Below are positions 13,841 through 25,993 of a DNA stretch of 64,000 nt, one piece after another (the first letter of the stretch is position 1; the number at the start of each line of letters is the position of its first letter). The position numbers and the translations under genes were made by a program. Origin of the DNA: Octopus vulgaris (taxonomy: Eukaryota); the NCBI GenBank assembly GCA_951406725.2, contig OX597825.1, forward strand, positions 22,134,001 through 22,198,000, read 5' to 3'. Below the pieces are notes generated by a model. That model did not search any database. It was given only the letters and a program-made list of their open reading frames with translations, and was not told the origin of the DNA.

Positions 13841-14134
13841 AACGACAGTACATATATATATATATATATCTCACAATATACATGCATACATACATACACA
13901 CACATACACACATACATATATATATATATGTATATATTTTTAAGTAACATGAGTTTATGTATTCGATGGTAAATATCAGACAGCAGACAATCACATCCTT
14001 GCAGACAGTCAATTGAGATATCTGTCTGTTTGCTTCCAGACTAGCCACCTGTTGTAATTATGTGAACGTTTGACGATAACAACACTATTCTACAAAATAC
14101 ATACATACATAGATACATACACACATACGAAAAC

Positions 14135-14221
<87 letters not shown>

Positions 14222-14480
14222 CATGCATACATACATACATACATACATAGAGAGAGAGAGGGGGGAAGAAATTCATGGGTAGATAGATAGATATGAAATT
14301 AAGATGTCTTAGGAAATATAATAACGTCATGAATTCCATGACTTAATTTCTTATTTGTTTTTCATTTTAATTTCCTATTATTTGTTCGTACCCGCTTATC
14401 CTTCGTTCTGAAGTATATGGATATATGAATATTGAATTCTTACGCTATTTTATAAGAATAGTTATACCTAAGTGAACATT

Positions 14481-14693
14481 TCCTTCGATCTGGGCTTCCC
14501 GGAGCGGGACACAGACTCATTGGAAGACGACTGCGATCGGTGGCGGCCTTCGGTCCGCGAGTCGGGCTTCTTGAGAAGGCAGGCCAAAGATCATTGCAAA
14601 ACTATATACGGGGATGAATCCGATAACCGGCGAGTGTCGCGAGGGAAAGTAGAAAAGATCTTTGGATAGAGAGTCCAAGAGATCGCAAAACCA
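14481..14693 (+). pseudogene. Diverged 28S (LSU) rRNA fragment, conserved core between D1 and D2
   Basis: gagtcgggcttcttgagaaggcaggccaaag...ccgata...cgcgagggaaagtagaaaagatctttggatagagagtccaagag...aaacc aligns to recalled metazoan 28S GAGTCGGGTTG...GCAGCCCAAAG...CCGTGAGGGAAAGTTGAAAAGAACTTTGAAGAGAGAGTTCAAGAG...GAAACC. GC-rich island, no other rDNA nearby. Confidence 0.8.
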
Positions 14694-15178
14694 CCCTGGG
14701 TTATACTGGTGGTATAGAGAAAAATGTAAACGGTATACGGTACCATAGAATAACAATATTTTTGCAACTTAAGTTAATTCTTTATTCTATATCGACATTA
14801 CAAAATAACTTCGATAAGCTGATAGTTTCTATTGAACTCACTGTTGGCAATTAAGTTCGCTAAATAAGCGAATAAAGTCCAACATTTAAACGACGCGCAA
14901 AAGGTAGTATGGAAGCTACATATGTTTCTTAACTAGGTGATGCTCATTACGTAAGGATTAACTAAAGAACTCTCCACGGCGTAGCACGTCATACGACTGA
15001 AATTACCTGAATGAAGTTACATTATCACAACGAATTTGAAATGCATAGAAATGCCTGAAACAAACCAAACAACGAAAGCCGGTTTAAACAAACACACATA
15101 TTCATTTAAATAAATATATACCGTACACATATGCAAGCAGGCACGCATTCCTACATAGCATATATATATATAATGTTA

Positions 15179-15655
15179 TGTCTGGGGAGAGTCATTTTCT
15201 TTTTGTGCCTTATAATGTAACACACTCATCGGTAAAATTTCCACTTACTTCTTATTTTTATTTTCCTAAAATTTTCGTTGCGCCTTGCAACCTTTTCAAT
15301 AGTCTTGACTCTGTCCATTTTTTTACACTGCGTTCCCTTTTGTTTGTGCGCATACAGAGGCACATACATACATATGCATTCACACATATATACATATATA
15401 CACATGCAAACACACACATACATACGTACATGCATGCATGTATAGGCACACACACACACACATACTGGCCCATACACATGAGCCCAAACAAACAAAAGGG
15501 AACGCAGTGTAAATAACGGACAGAGTCAAGACTATTGAAAAGGTTACAAGGCACAACGAAAATTTTAGGAAAATAAAAATAAGATATAATTGGAAATTTT
15601 ACCGGTGAGAGTGTTAAATTATAAGGCACAAAAAGAATATGACCCTCCCCAGACA
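15179..15655. mobile_element. Foldback/MITE-like element with ~170-bp terminal inverted repeats
   Basis: TGTCTGGGGAG...CTCCCCAGACA; arms about 15179-15347 and 15488-15655 around a CA/TA-rich spacer. Confidence 0.88.
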
Positions 15656-15716
15656 CAACAGAATATGCTTCAACACACAAACTCACATAAAGAATCTTGC
15701 AAACCAAATCCATAAA

Positions 15717-15798
<82 letters not shown>

Positions 15799-15806
15799 GT
15801 ATATAT

Positions 15807-16198
15807 AGGAATGGCTGTGTGGTAAGTAGCTTGCTAACCAACCACATGGTTCCGGGTTCAGTCCCACTGCGTGGCATCTTGGTCAAGTGTCTTCTGCTGT
15901 AGCCCCGGGCTGACCAATGCCTTGTGAGTGGATTTGGTAGACGGAAACTGAAAGAAGCCTGTCGTATATATGTACATATGTATGTTTGTGTGTCTGTGTT
16001 TGTCCCCCTAGCATTGCTTGACAACCGATGCTGGTGTGTTTACGTTCCCGTCACTTAGCGGTTCGGCAAAAAGAGACCGATAGAATAAGTACTGGGCTTA
16101 CAAAGAATAAGTCCCGGGGTCGATTTGCTCGACTAAAGGCGGTGCTCCAGCATGGCCGCAGTCAAATGACTGAAACAAGTAAAAGAGTAAAAGAGAGT
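15807..16198 (+). mobile_element. SINE family A
   Basis: Near full length with gtaaaaga tail; flanked by (TA)n. Confidence 0.95.
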
Positions 16199-16790
16199 AT
16201 ATATATATACATATATATATATGCATAATATATACATACACATGCATACACACTGACACACATTATTGTATTCTAAAATTCTCACTTCACGTTTCTTACG
16301 CCACTGTATTCAATACAGCTTCACTAACAGTCATTGTATTGTGAGATTCCATGTACATATTTTAATCTACGTTTACATACAATACAACTGTCTGTAGAAC
16401 ACATATCTGCTAATCAATCAGTTCTTATTTCATTCACTAATCCCAACTTTAAATGTCGTTATTATATTAGCTTCTAGCAAATTTCTCCATTACAATATTG
16501 AATAATATGGACGATCTGATATATAAGTTTTCCATTTTGTTCATGAGATTTGGAAATGCCGAGAACGAGAAATATGTATTCAACGAATGTCTTCCCCATA
16601 TTATCTTCGTCATTTCAAAGATTTCACTCCAAAGCCACTGGAAGCCATATCCATTGCACTTTAAGGTTTCCTTCATTTGCATGTGTTGGAAGATCAGAGT
16701 CTATTCAAAAAAAATAGCATTGTATTATATACACAAACACGACTGAAGTAAATAGACGAACCATAAAATATCGCTTTATGTTTGTTCTAC

Positions 16791-16956
16791 AGGCGCAGGA
16801 GTGGCTGTGTTGTAAGTAGGTTGCTTCCCAACCACATGGTTCCGGGTTCAGTCCCACTGCGTGGAACCTTGGGCATCCGTCTTCTACTATAGCCACGGGC
16901 CGACCAAAGCCTTGTGCGTGGATTTGGTAGACGGAAACTGAAAGAAGCCTGTCGTA

Positions 16957-17019
<63 letters not shown>

Positions 17020-17232
17020 TTGTGTGTCTGTGTTTGTCCCCCTAGCATTGCTTGGCAACCGATGCTGGTGTGTTTAGGTCCCCGTAACTTAGCGCTTCGG
17101 CAAAAGGGACTGATAGAATAAGTACTGGGCTTACAAAGAATAAGTCCCGGGGTCGATTTACTCGACTAAAGGCAGTGCTCCAGCATGGCCACAGTCAAAT
17201 GATTGAAACAAGTAAGAGAGTAAGAGAGTAAA
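16791..17232 (+). mobile_element. SINE family A, full length
   Basis: ggcgcaggagtggctgtg head to gtaagaga tail. Confidence 0.95.
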
Positions 17233-17293
17233 GGTTTATATTTTTTAATTTATTAATTAACATTTTTCAGGTTCTATATGTCACTGCTTAACA

Positions 17294-17790
17294 ATGCCAT
17301 ATAGAAAAGAAGCTTTGAATTTGTCTGAATTTCAAAGAGGTCGTATTGTGGGTCATTCTGAAAGTGGACATAGTAAGTGTAAAATCGCAGAAACCTTTGG
17401 GATTCCGCTTTCTACAGTTAATAGAGTAATTGTGCAATTCACTAGAGAGAGGAAGGCGTCCACATCACTTCGCCCAGATCAAATAGGGCCTCCTGACAGG
17501 ACCCTTCTCTTCGCTAAGAGTAGTTTGGAAGATAATATTCGTCGCAAGGCCTCCGACATCGCAGAACAAGTTGTCAGTCTCAGAATAGCTGTCAGGTATC
17601 TCCATAAACATGGTTAATACGGCAGAGAGCAAGAATGAGGCTACTTCTTCGACCAGCCAACATCAAGCGGAGAAAAGATTGGTCCAGTGAGATGGTGGAG
17701 AGGCCACTAGCATATGAGGACACCGTTATATACTTTGATGAGTCTAGACTTTCTGTATGTCCTGACATCAATATTTGAGGTGAATTGATC
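17294..17790 (+). pseudogene. Decayed Tc1/mariner transposase
   Basis: HTH region LSEFQRGRIVG...IAETFGIPLSTVNRVI; TAA at 17615; frameshift near 17628; then LLRPANIKRRKDW...VIYFDESR (first catalytic D) joined directly to CPDINI*GEL (remnant of SPDLNPIENIW), i.e. an internal deletion. Possible right end near 18015. Confidence 0.9.
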
Positions 17791-18249
17791 GCTGCCAATG
17801 ATGAAACACAGCAAATATTCTGTGATCGAGGAATGTTTTCGAGACAATTTTATTCATTAAATTTGAGGATTCGTTTATGTTTAGAATACGTGTATGTAGA
17901 TCTTTTAAAACAAGAGTGTAAGCGTGCTAAAAAGTTTTTGGCTTTTCGTTAAAAGAGAATACAGGAGGGTTAGTTAATTATGAGGGTATTCCATATATTA
18001 TTCACACAGGGAGTAATATATTGATTCACACACTTATTGCAGCGGACCTTCAGTTTCTCTAAGCTCAGAAATTTGGGCATAGACCTAAAAACGTTTCAGC
18101 GCCCGCTCGTATTCACTTTAATCCTTTTGGTTTCGCAACGTCAAAGTTACAAAGTCCAGTATTTACGTTCTTCGAAATTGGTTGTTAAATTTTTGTGATA
18201 AAAGAATGTATGAAGGTGGTGAATTTTGGCTCGTCATTTCTGTAATTAA

Positions 18250-18387
18250 TTATTTACATTAATTACATTTGTCCCCCTCTTGTTTGTTGTTAACACAACG
18301 TCTCGGCTGATGTACCCTCCAACCTTCATCAGGTGTTTTGGGGAAATTTCGAACCTGGGTTCTTCTCATTCCCAAGGTATTTTTCGA

Positions 18388-18436
<49 letters not shown>

Positions 18437-18518
18437 GTTGTTGTCGTTGTTGCTGTTGTTGTTGTTGTTATTATTATCATTATTATTATTCAGGTCACTG
18501 GCTGGAATCGAACTCCGA
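18250..18518 (-). mobile_element. B-box-(AAT)n-hammerhead element (SINE/retrozyme-like)
   Basis: Minus: GAGTTCGATTCC (18515-18504), (AAT/AAC)n, then aacac-CTGATGA-a-ggttgg..tcagcc-GAGAC-GTT-gtgtt (18337-18292). Confidence 0.65.
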
Positions 18519-18519
18519 G

Positions 18520-18710
18520 TTCAGTTTCCGTCTAGTAAATCCACTCACAAAGCTTTGGTCGACCAGAGACCATAGTTGAAGGCACTTGCCCAAGGATACC
18601 ACGCATCGGGACTGAACCCCGAAACATGTAGTTTGGTAAGCAAGCTACTTACCACACAGCCACGCCTGTTCTTATAAGCCACGCCTGCGCCTATAAGACA
18701 CGCCTGCGTC
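18520..18710 (-). mobile_element. SINE family A 5' half with triplicated 5' end
   Basis: Head through tcagtttccgtcta; cacgcctg unit repeated three times at 18661-18710. Confidence 0.85.
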
Positions 18711-19107
18711 CATAGTATAAAAAATCATTTCTCTTGTGCTTTGATGTTCACAAATACACGCTCATATCTATTATCCATTTATATTTATTTATGAAAATTG
18801 TCATTAGTCACGTATTTCATTATTACATGTCCAGACGCCGACGATAGCCTAATATGTTGCTCAGTTTCGTTCTATGCTTTCATTATTTTAATGACGTATA
18901 TTCTAATGTGATATTCTGTTTTTCCAAACAGACTTCTATTGCAAGGAAGATTCTTACTAACAGATTAATCATTATCTTTATTCTATAAACAACACTCAAA
19001 TATTTGCCTGCTTCATGAAACTGCATGAGGTCTCTTTATTGATTTCAGCCACATTGAATGATCGGATGGGGGGGTGAAGAATTAAATGAATTGACCATCA
19101 GTTCGCC

Positions 19108-19133
19108 CGCCTGTCTGTCTGTCTGTCTGTCTA

Positions 19134-19173
<40 letters not shown>

Positions 19174-19529
19174 GCTGTCTGTCGACCTATCTATCTGTCT
19201 ATCTATCTGTCCATCTATCTATCTATCTATCTATCTATATATCTATCTATCTATCTATCTATCTATCATTCTATCTATCTATTTAGCTAGCTAACTGTCT
19301 GTCTGTCTATCTAACTATCTATCTATCTATCTACCTACCTATCTATCTATCTATCTATCTATATATCTATATATCTATCTATCTATCTATTAAGCTAGCT
19401 AGCTGTCTGTTTGTCCATCCATCTATCTATCCATCTGTCTGTCTATCTATCTATCTATCTATCTATTTATTTATCTATCTATCTATCTATTTATCTATTA
19501 ATCTACCGGCCTATTTATCTATCTATTTA

Positions 19530-19560
<31 letters not shown>

Positions 19561-19632
19561 CTATCTATATCTATCTACCTATCGATCTATCTATCTATCC
19601 ATCTATCCATCCATCCATCCATCCATCCATCC

Positions 19633-19690
<58 letters not shown>
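19108..19690. repeat. (CTGT)/(CTAT)/(CCAT) compound tetranucleotide array
   Basis: About 580 bp, seen directly. Confidence 0.96.
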
Positions 19691-19691
<1 letters not shown>

Positions 19692-20109
19692 AGCATGCTG
19701 TCTGTCTTCTGGCTGGCTGGCTAGCTGCCTAAACGTTTGTCCATCTACCCATCTTTCTATAAAGAAGTTATCTTGAGCAAAATGTATCCCTACTGTGTGG
19801 TATAGATCTGCATGAAGTCTTCTAGTACATCATTAAACTGTGGTCAAACCTGACGTCTAATGACGATATATGATTTTAGAGTGTACGTATTCTCGGCTGG
19901 ACGAATGTGTCACAAATAACTCCCCCCTCACCAACTGATAACAATCAACAAAAAAGAAGTATTATATTTATTTCACTTCATGGGGCTCTTCCTTCACAAT
20001 CTCCAAACTCAGCAGCTCTTAACACAATCGATTTACCTCTAAAAAGCAGCAGTAATAGTTGTCTATAAATTACAAATGGCGCCGTTCCTCACCATGATAT
20101 AGAAATGCA

Positions 20110-20580
20110 TACATGTATGTGAATGTATGTGTATGTTTGTATATGTGTGTATGTTTGTGTGTGTTTATGTGTGCGTGCGTGTGTTTGATTTTGTGTGTGT
20201 GTATGCGTGTGTATGTGTGTGCGTGTGTGTATTTGTGCGTGTTTGCATGTGCCTGTGTGTATGTATGTATGTGTGTTTTGTACGTGGATGTACGCGTGCA
20301 TTGGTGTGTATGTGAATGTGTGTGTATATATATATGTGTGTGTGTATGTGTTTATGTTTGTGTGTGTTTATGTGTGCGTGCGTGTGTTTGACGTTGTGTG
20401 TGTGTAAGTGTGTATGTGTCTGCCTGTGTGTACGTCTGTATGCGTGTGCTTGTGCGTCTGTCTGCGCGTGTATTGTTGTGTATGTGCGTATGGGTCTATT
20501 GGTGTGTCTGTATGTACGTATGCGTGTGCGTGAATCTGTGTGTGAGTATCTGTGTGCGTGTGTGTGTGTATTTATGTGCT
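20110..20580. repeat. Degenerate (TG)n array
   Basis: Seen directly. Confidence 0.93.
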
Positions 20581-21258
20581 TGATAGTATGGGAAAATTTT
20601 TAATGCAATATTGGTCACTTTACAAAATTCTTACAAAAATCTGCCTAAAACTTGTTAGCAGCATTGTAACATTAACACGGTGTTTTCAATCCTTATGCTA
20701 CAGCAGCAAACACTTAGCACGTCACATGTAGCCAGCATGACCCAGACGGCTAAGAATCACTTTGAATAAACATTGCATTTAATTATCGGATTGAAGCATT
20801 TTCCTGTTTGTGTCATTTTCAGTAAGTTGACGTTTTCAAGATTAGCAATAGCATCGAGTGGTCAACAAGATTTCTATTAATTTTCATCTCGTATTCTCAG
20901 ACATTGCTTTTTAGTCACTGCGAAGTTTATGTTTCTTATGCCTGTCGCAAATTCAGCACCGTACTCTGCCACAAAATATATGTCCACTACAAATGCTACA
21001 GTAATCGGCCACCCAAAGCCGTGTGTTGCGAGTACGTGCCCCGCCGAGGGTACGTTTTAAGACCGTGATTGTGTATGTGCGTGAGAGATTATGTGTATGT
21101 GTGTGTATGTATGTATGTGTATGAGTGTGTGTTCGGGTCTGAATGTGTGCGATATGTATATATATATAAATATATATGTATATATATATATATATGGTGG
21201 ACAGGACAGGTCAGTTTTAGCTTCCCTACTATTATAAAGTAAACCTTTTTGAACTCAT

Positions 21259-21692
21259 AATATTCTGTGCGTGTATACCAATATTCTACTGAAATTTTAA
21301 TAATTCCTTCTGGAAATTATCTTGAGAATGTATAATATATTTGATGTAATCTTTTGTGCCCAATATTTCAATGAACTTGTTAAACTTTTTTATGTTCTCA
21401 ACATGCTCCTGTCACCAAAGAATGTATATATATATGGATTGTAGTACTCTGTGTCAACCAATATTCTGTGCGTGTTTGAATATACAGATACAATACCAAT
21501 ACCAATATCCCACTGAACTTTTTAATAATTCCTTCTGGAAACTATCTTAAGCATGTTCATAAGAATGATTATTTATGTAGTAATCTTTGTGCCCAATATT
21601 TTAAGGAACCTGTTAAACTTCTTTGTGCCCTTAACATGTCCCTGTTACCAAAGACTGTATATATGTAATGTGACAATTTGTAACAACCAATA
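21259..21692. repeat. Diverged tandem duplication of a ~200-230-bp unit
   Basis: aatattctgtgcgtgt, taataattccttctggaaa, gtgcccaatattt and ccaaaga.tgtatatat each occur twice in the same order. Confidence 0.85.
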
Positions 21693-21780
21693 ATTAACGT
21701 AACCTCGCCAGCAATATGCTTATTACATGTTTCAAAATTATTGCCCACAACGATCGTTTCCACCCATATGGAATTGACAT

Positions 21781-22174
21781 ACTCTTTTACTTGTTTCAGT
21801 CATTTGACTGCAGCCATGCTGGAGCACCGCCTTTAGTCGAGCAAATCGACCCAGGAGCTTATTCTTTGTAAGCCCAGTACTTATTCTATCGGTCTCTTTT
21901 GCCGAACCGCTAAGTGACGGGGACGTAAACACACCAGCATCGGTTGTCAGGTAATGCTAGGGGGACAAACACGGACACACAAACACACACATATATATAT
22001 GTACATATATACGACAGGCTTCTTTCAGTTTCCGTCTACCAAATCCACTCACAAGACATTGGTCGACCCGGAGCTATAGCAGAAGACACTTGCCCAAGAT
22101 GCCACGCAGTGGGACTGAACCCGGAACCATGTGGTTGGTTAGCAAGCTACTTACCACACAGCCACCCCTGCGCC
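21781..22174 (-). mobile_element. SINE family A, full length
   Basis: Reverse complement of the 15807 copy. Confidence 0.95.
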
Positions 22175-22175
22175 T

Positions 22176-22226
<51 letters not shown>

Positions 22227-22434
22227 TTGTTTGTATGTATGTATCTGTGTGTATACATGTATGCATGTATATATATGTACATATTTATATATATATATAT
22301 ATATATATAAATATATATGAATGTGTATATATATATATATATATATATACATATATACATGTATATATATATACATATATGAACATGTATATATATATAT
22401 ATACATGTGGGACAGTCATTAACAGGGGACAGTC

Positions 22435-22740
22435 ATTAGTCAGCATATTGATGACGTCCTTTTCTGCTTGACTAGTCACCTAAGAAGTACAGACAGGGGG
22501 CAGATCTAATGTAGCTATAAGTCGTGATTGGGCAGAATCTGGATGACGTCCCGTTCTGCTTGACTAACGAAACGACTGGTCAAAACAGGAAACAGAGAAG
22601 AGGCAGTTATAATGCAGCGATTGGTCAAAATGATGATGACGTCCCGTTCTGCTTGACTAAAGCCACCTAACGAAACGATTGGTTAAAACGTTGATGACGT
22701 CACGCTACGCTGGACTGACCACCTAACAGACATTATAAAA
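22435..22740 (+). promoter_or_regulatory. Four phased ATTGG-N12-TGACGTC units followed by TATAAAA
   Basis: TGACGTC at 22452, 22544, 22637, 22695 (last is a full CRE, TGACGTCA); ATTGG/ATTAG exactly 12 nt upstream of each; TATAAAA at 22734. Confidence 0.65.
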
Positions 22741-23174
22741 CCGAGCACTTCACAAGACTCACTAGAACCACCCAGCGAACACCCACCATGGGTCATCACA
22801 ATTGCTTAAGGTAAAAATGAATTCCTCGCTCTTTCGGAAACATCAATCTTCTGTATTGACTGCTTTCCACCACTTTGATCTGTTTTTTGTATTGAATACG
22901 TATCGCCACCGTGGGCCACTGCATCGAACACTTTGAACATATAGCATGAATGAACTTACTTCAAACTATATATCAACTATACATGAACTCTAAGATGTCT
23001 GACTCCGTTGTGTATTATAAATGAATTTCTTGTGTTTGACGGCATGAGGTGTCTTTTTTTATATATAACTTTTTTTGATAAGGTTCATTTCAGGAACTGA
23101 AACATGTTATAATGTATATATAAAAATTAAAAATTGTATAATATAGCAGCATTTTCAAACTTCATTTTTTACAA

Positions 23175-23241
<67 letters not shown>

Positions 23242-23934
23242 TGTGTGTATGTATGTGTATGTATGTGTGTGTGTATGTGCGTGTAAGTAATCATCCAAGT
23301 ACTGGGTATGTAGCTAGTAGTTAGCCAATTAACCATGTTCACTGCCTATGACTACCTCAGGTTTCGTGGAGTATATCAGAAATGATAGACAGAAAATGGA
23401 ATATACGAAACAATTTATTGCTCACACTGATCATTATCCCACCCACGAAGGATCAATTAAAAATTAGTCGAAACGATCGTTATGGACAATAATTTTAAAA
23501 CATGTAACAGGCGTATTTTCTGGCGACTTTAATAAATAATACACAGGTAAATTTACAAAAAACATGAATAATTCGTGAAAGTATGAGAGACAGAAGAACC
23601 GGTGAGTGGATAGTAGAGAGAGAAATGATGACAGGGGGGTTGTCCTGGTAAAAAGAGTCGAAATACGAGCTCTAGAAATGACAAATCCCTAAAAGCTAAT
23701 CGTTATGATAAGGATGAAAATCTGTCCTCTACCATCGAAATCTTAAAACATATTCCGTTGTAAATTCAAAAATATAAATCATTCCAAAAAGTGAAGCTAT
23801 TAAGTCACGGTATGGGGTCTCAGGTTCGAATATCAGCAGTTATTCATTCACTTTAGATCATTAACAAAACGAAGGAAAACTGATCTTGTTTCAACTTTCA
23901 TTTTTATCAATATAAGAATATATACACTAAATAT

Positions 23935-24326
23935 GTGGAGGCGCAATGGCCCAGTGGTTAGGGCAGCGGACTCGCGGTCATAGGATCGCGGTTTCGATTC
24001 CCAGACCGGGCGTTGTGAGTGTTTATTGAGCGAAAACACCTAAAGCTCCACGAGGCTCCGGCAGGGGATGGTGGTGATCCCTGCTGTACTCTTTCACCAC
24101 AACTTTCTCTCACTCTTTCTTTCTTCCTGTTTCTGTTGTACCTGTATTTCAAAGGGCCGGACTTGTCACTCTCTGTGTCACGCTGAATATCCCCGAGAAC
24201 TACGTTAAGGGTACACGTGTCTGTGGAGTGCTCAGCCAATTACACGTTAATTTCACGAGCAGGCTGTTCCGTTGATTCGGATCAACCGGAACCCTCGTCG
24301 TCGTAACCGACGGAGTGCTTCCATCC
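23935..24326 (+). mobile_element. SINE family C (tRNA head, tail X)
   Basis: tggcccagtggttagggc (A-box), ggtttcgattccc (B-box); TSD-like aca(c/t)taaatat on both sides. Confidence 0.93.
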
Positions 24327-25561
24327 ACATTAAATATAGGACAATTGTTTCCATTATTCTTGCACGAGATAAATGTTACTTAAAGGTAGATTGTTAAGCT
24401 AATTGATGCATTTGGTAGGCTCTAACCTAATGTTTATGACGAGATATAGACTAAGAGTAGCCATATATCATAAGCTACTTATTCTTGAACGCTACCAAAT
24501 AAAATGTACATAGATATTGAAAATATTTAATGAACTCATTTCGCGCATAGTTGAAGGGTGGAAATGTTTGTAATATGATTATTCGATCTATATCTAATTC
24601 TATTAAGCTTCCATCGATGGTTTAACATCAACACAAAACAAAAGCATTGCTACGTAGCCTTGCTAATTACGCTAAGACAAATTTTCCTCCTCGAATTTAT
24701 TAAATGATGTAGAAATGAAAAACAAAAGACAAATGTTTTCAGAGTAAAATACAGACAGTGTAAGAGCTGAGGAATGCGAGAGAAAGAGAGAAGCAGGTAT
24801 AGGATGAGGGGAAAGCGAGAAGAAGTGAGCAATATCATAAAAGAATTAAGATAGGGAATGTGTGTTATAGGCGAGGCGGGAATATTGATTATTGCCAGAA
24901 AGTTTCGCTTTCCTCGAAGAAATATTGGATGTTATAAATGAAAAGGAAATTCATTTAGTTTATTTTCTTTAATTCGTAGGCGTAATTATCAGACGAATGG
25001 AAGAGAAACGCATGCTATAAAGTTAGTTATTATTTGAGCTCTTAGCGACACAATTTAAATAGTAAATACATTTATTAGTCAAGTTTATTTGTTATTCTTA
25101 TTCGTTAGCGCAGGTGCAATAGCAGCAGATACTATGCAGAGTTAAGTTGTCGGTTACTCGTTCCTTCTTTCGTCAGTTCATTTTATCTGTATCATGGTGA
25201 TATAACTCGTAAAGATCATGTCTACCTAAACCTGATCAAATACCATACGTTGGTATAATTGAAGGCCATCGAACCTAACAGCTGCAAATCGAAATAAAAT
25301 TAAATGTAATATCGGGTTTGAAAGCCAATTATTGTAGATATGTTGAACTCCAATAAACTTAGAGGAGCTAGATAAATGCCTTTTCATAATGGTTACTTAC
25401 GCGATTTATTTTAGAAATTGATAGCATGAACAGCAGAATAACACAAATAGAAGACATGTAGATTCTGGTGGAGTATTCACTTTCTGCACCTTTACTATCC
25501 AGAAGACGTTAGTTTTGGAAGATAACTGCTTATACACTGTAGATCAATGTTCACACATTAC

Positions 25562-25993
25562 GGATCCTTTTGGTTTGAACGGCAGTTTTTTAAAATGATT
25601 TCCACGTAACTAAACACTTCTAAACTTCGTATACTTGTAGATTGTGTTTATGAAACATCTTTTTCTCTTGGCTTTATTGCGAAAATTCTATAGTTTGTAA
25701 GATATTTGTTGTTTTTTTCTTCAATTTCTGAAATTTCAACCAAACAATGACGTCTATTGAGGTGAAAACATTCTCTGTCGTATGAATATGTCCCTCGTTT
25801 AAGAAACAGATTGGGTTTATTTATATTTCTGAAGAAAAAAAGATACCCTTCCCCCGGCCCCTAACCCTAAACCTAACTAAACCTAACCCTAAAACAGATT
25901 GAAATGCAATAGATCGATACTAGGGTCATAATTATTGGTGACAATTTCATGACACCGCTAGAAAAAAAATTGCCGTTCAAACTGAAAAGATCC
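25562..25993. mobile_element. Non-autonomous TIR DNA transposon with internal (CCCTAA)-like repeats
   Basis: ggatccttttggtttgaacggca / tgccgttcaaactgaaaagatcc; ccctaaccctaaacctaa at 25859-25892. Confidence 0.8.

Noticed and set aside
14472-14669. 65-aa GC-rich ORF as an exon
   Set aside because: Better explained by 28S rRNA similarity.
15639-16228. Recurrent peptides such as [10 protein letters not shown] and QIHSQG at many loci
   Set aside because: Translations of SINE family A, not a protein family.
16467-16682. Second Tc1 fragment (IIWG motif)
   Set aside because: Similarity limited to a few residues.
22435-22730. CRISPR-like repeat-spacer array
   Set aside because: Eukaryotic context, degenerate repeats, spacers related to each other, no cas genes.
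23937-24010. tRNA gene
   Set aside because: A and B boxes continue into a SINE body with TSDs; no complete cloverleaf or T-run terminator.
25859-25892. True telomere or fusion scar
   Set aside because: Only about 34 bp, imperfect, and inside a TIR element.
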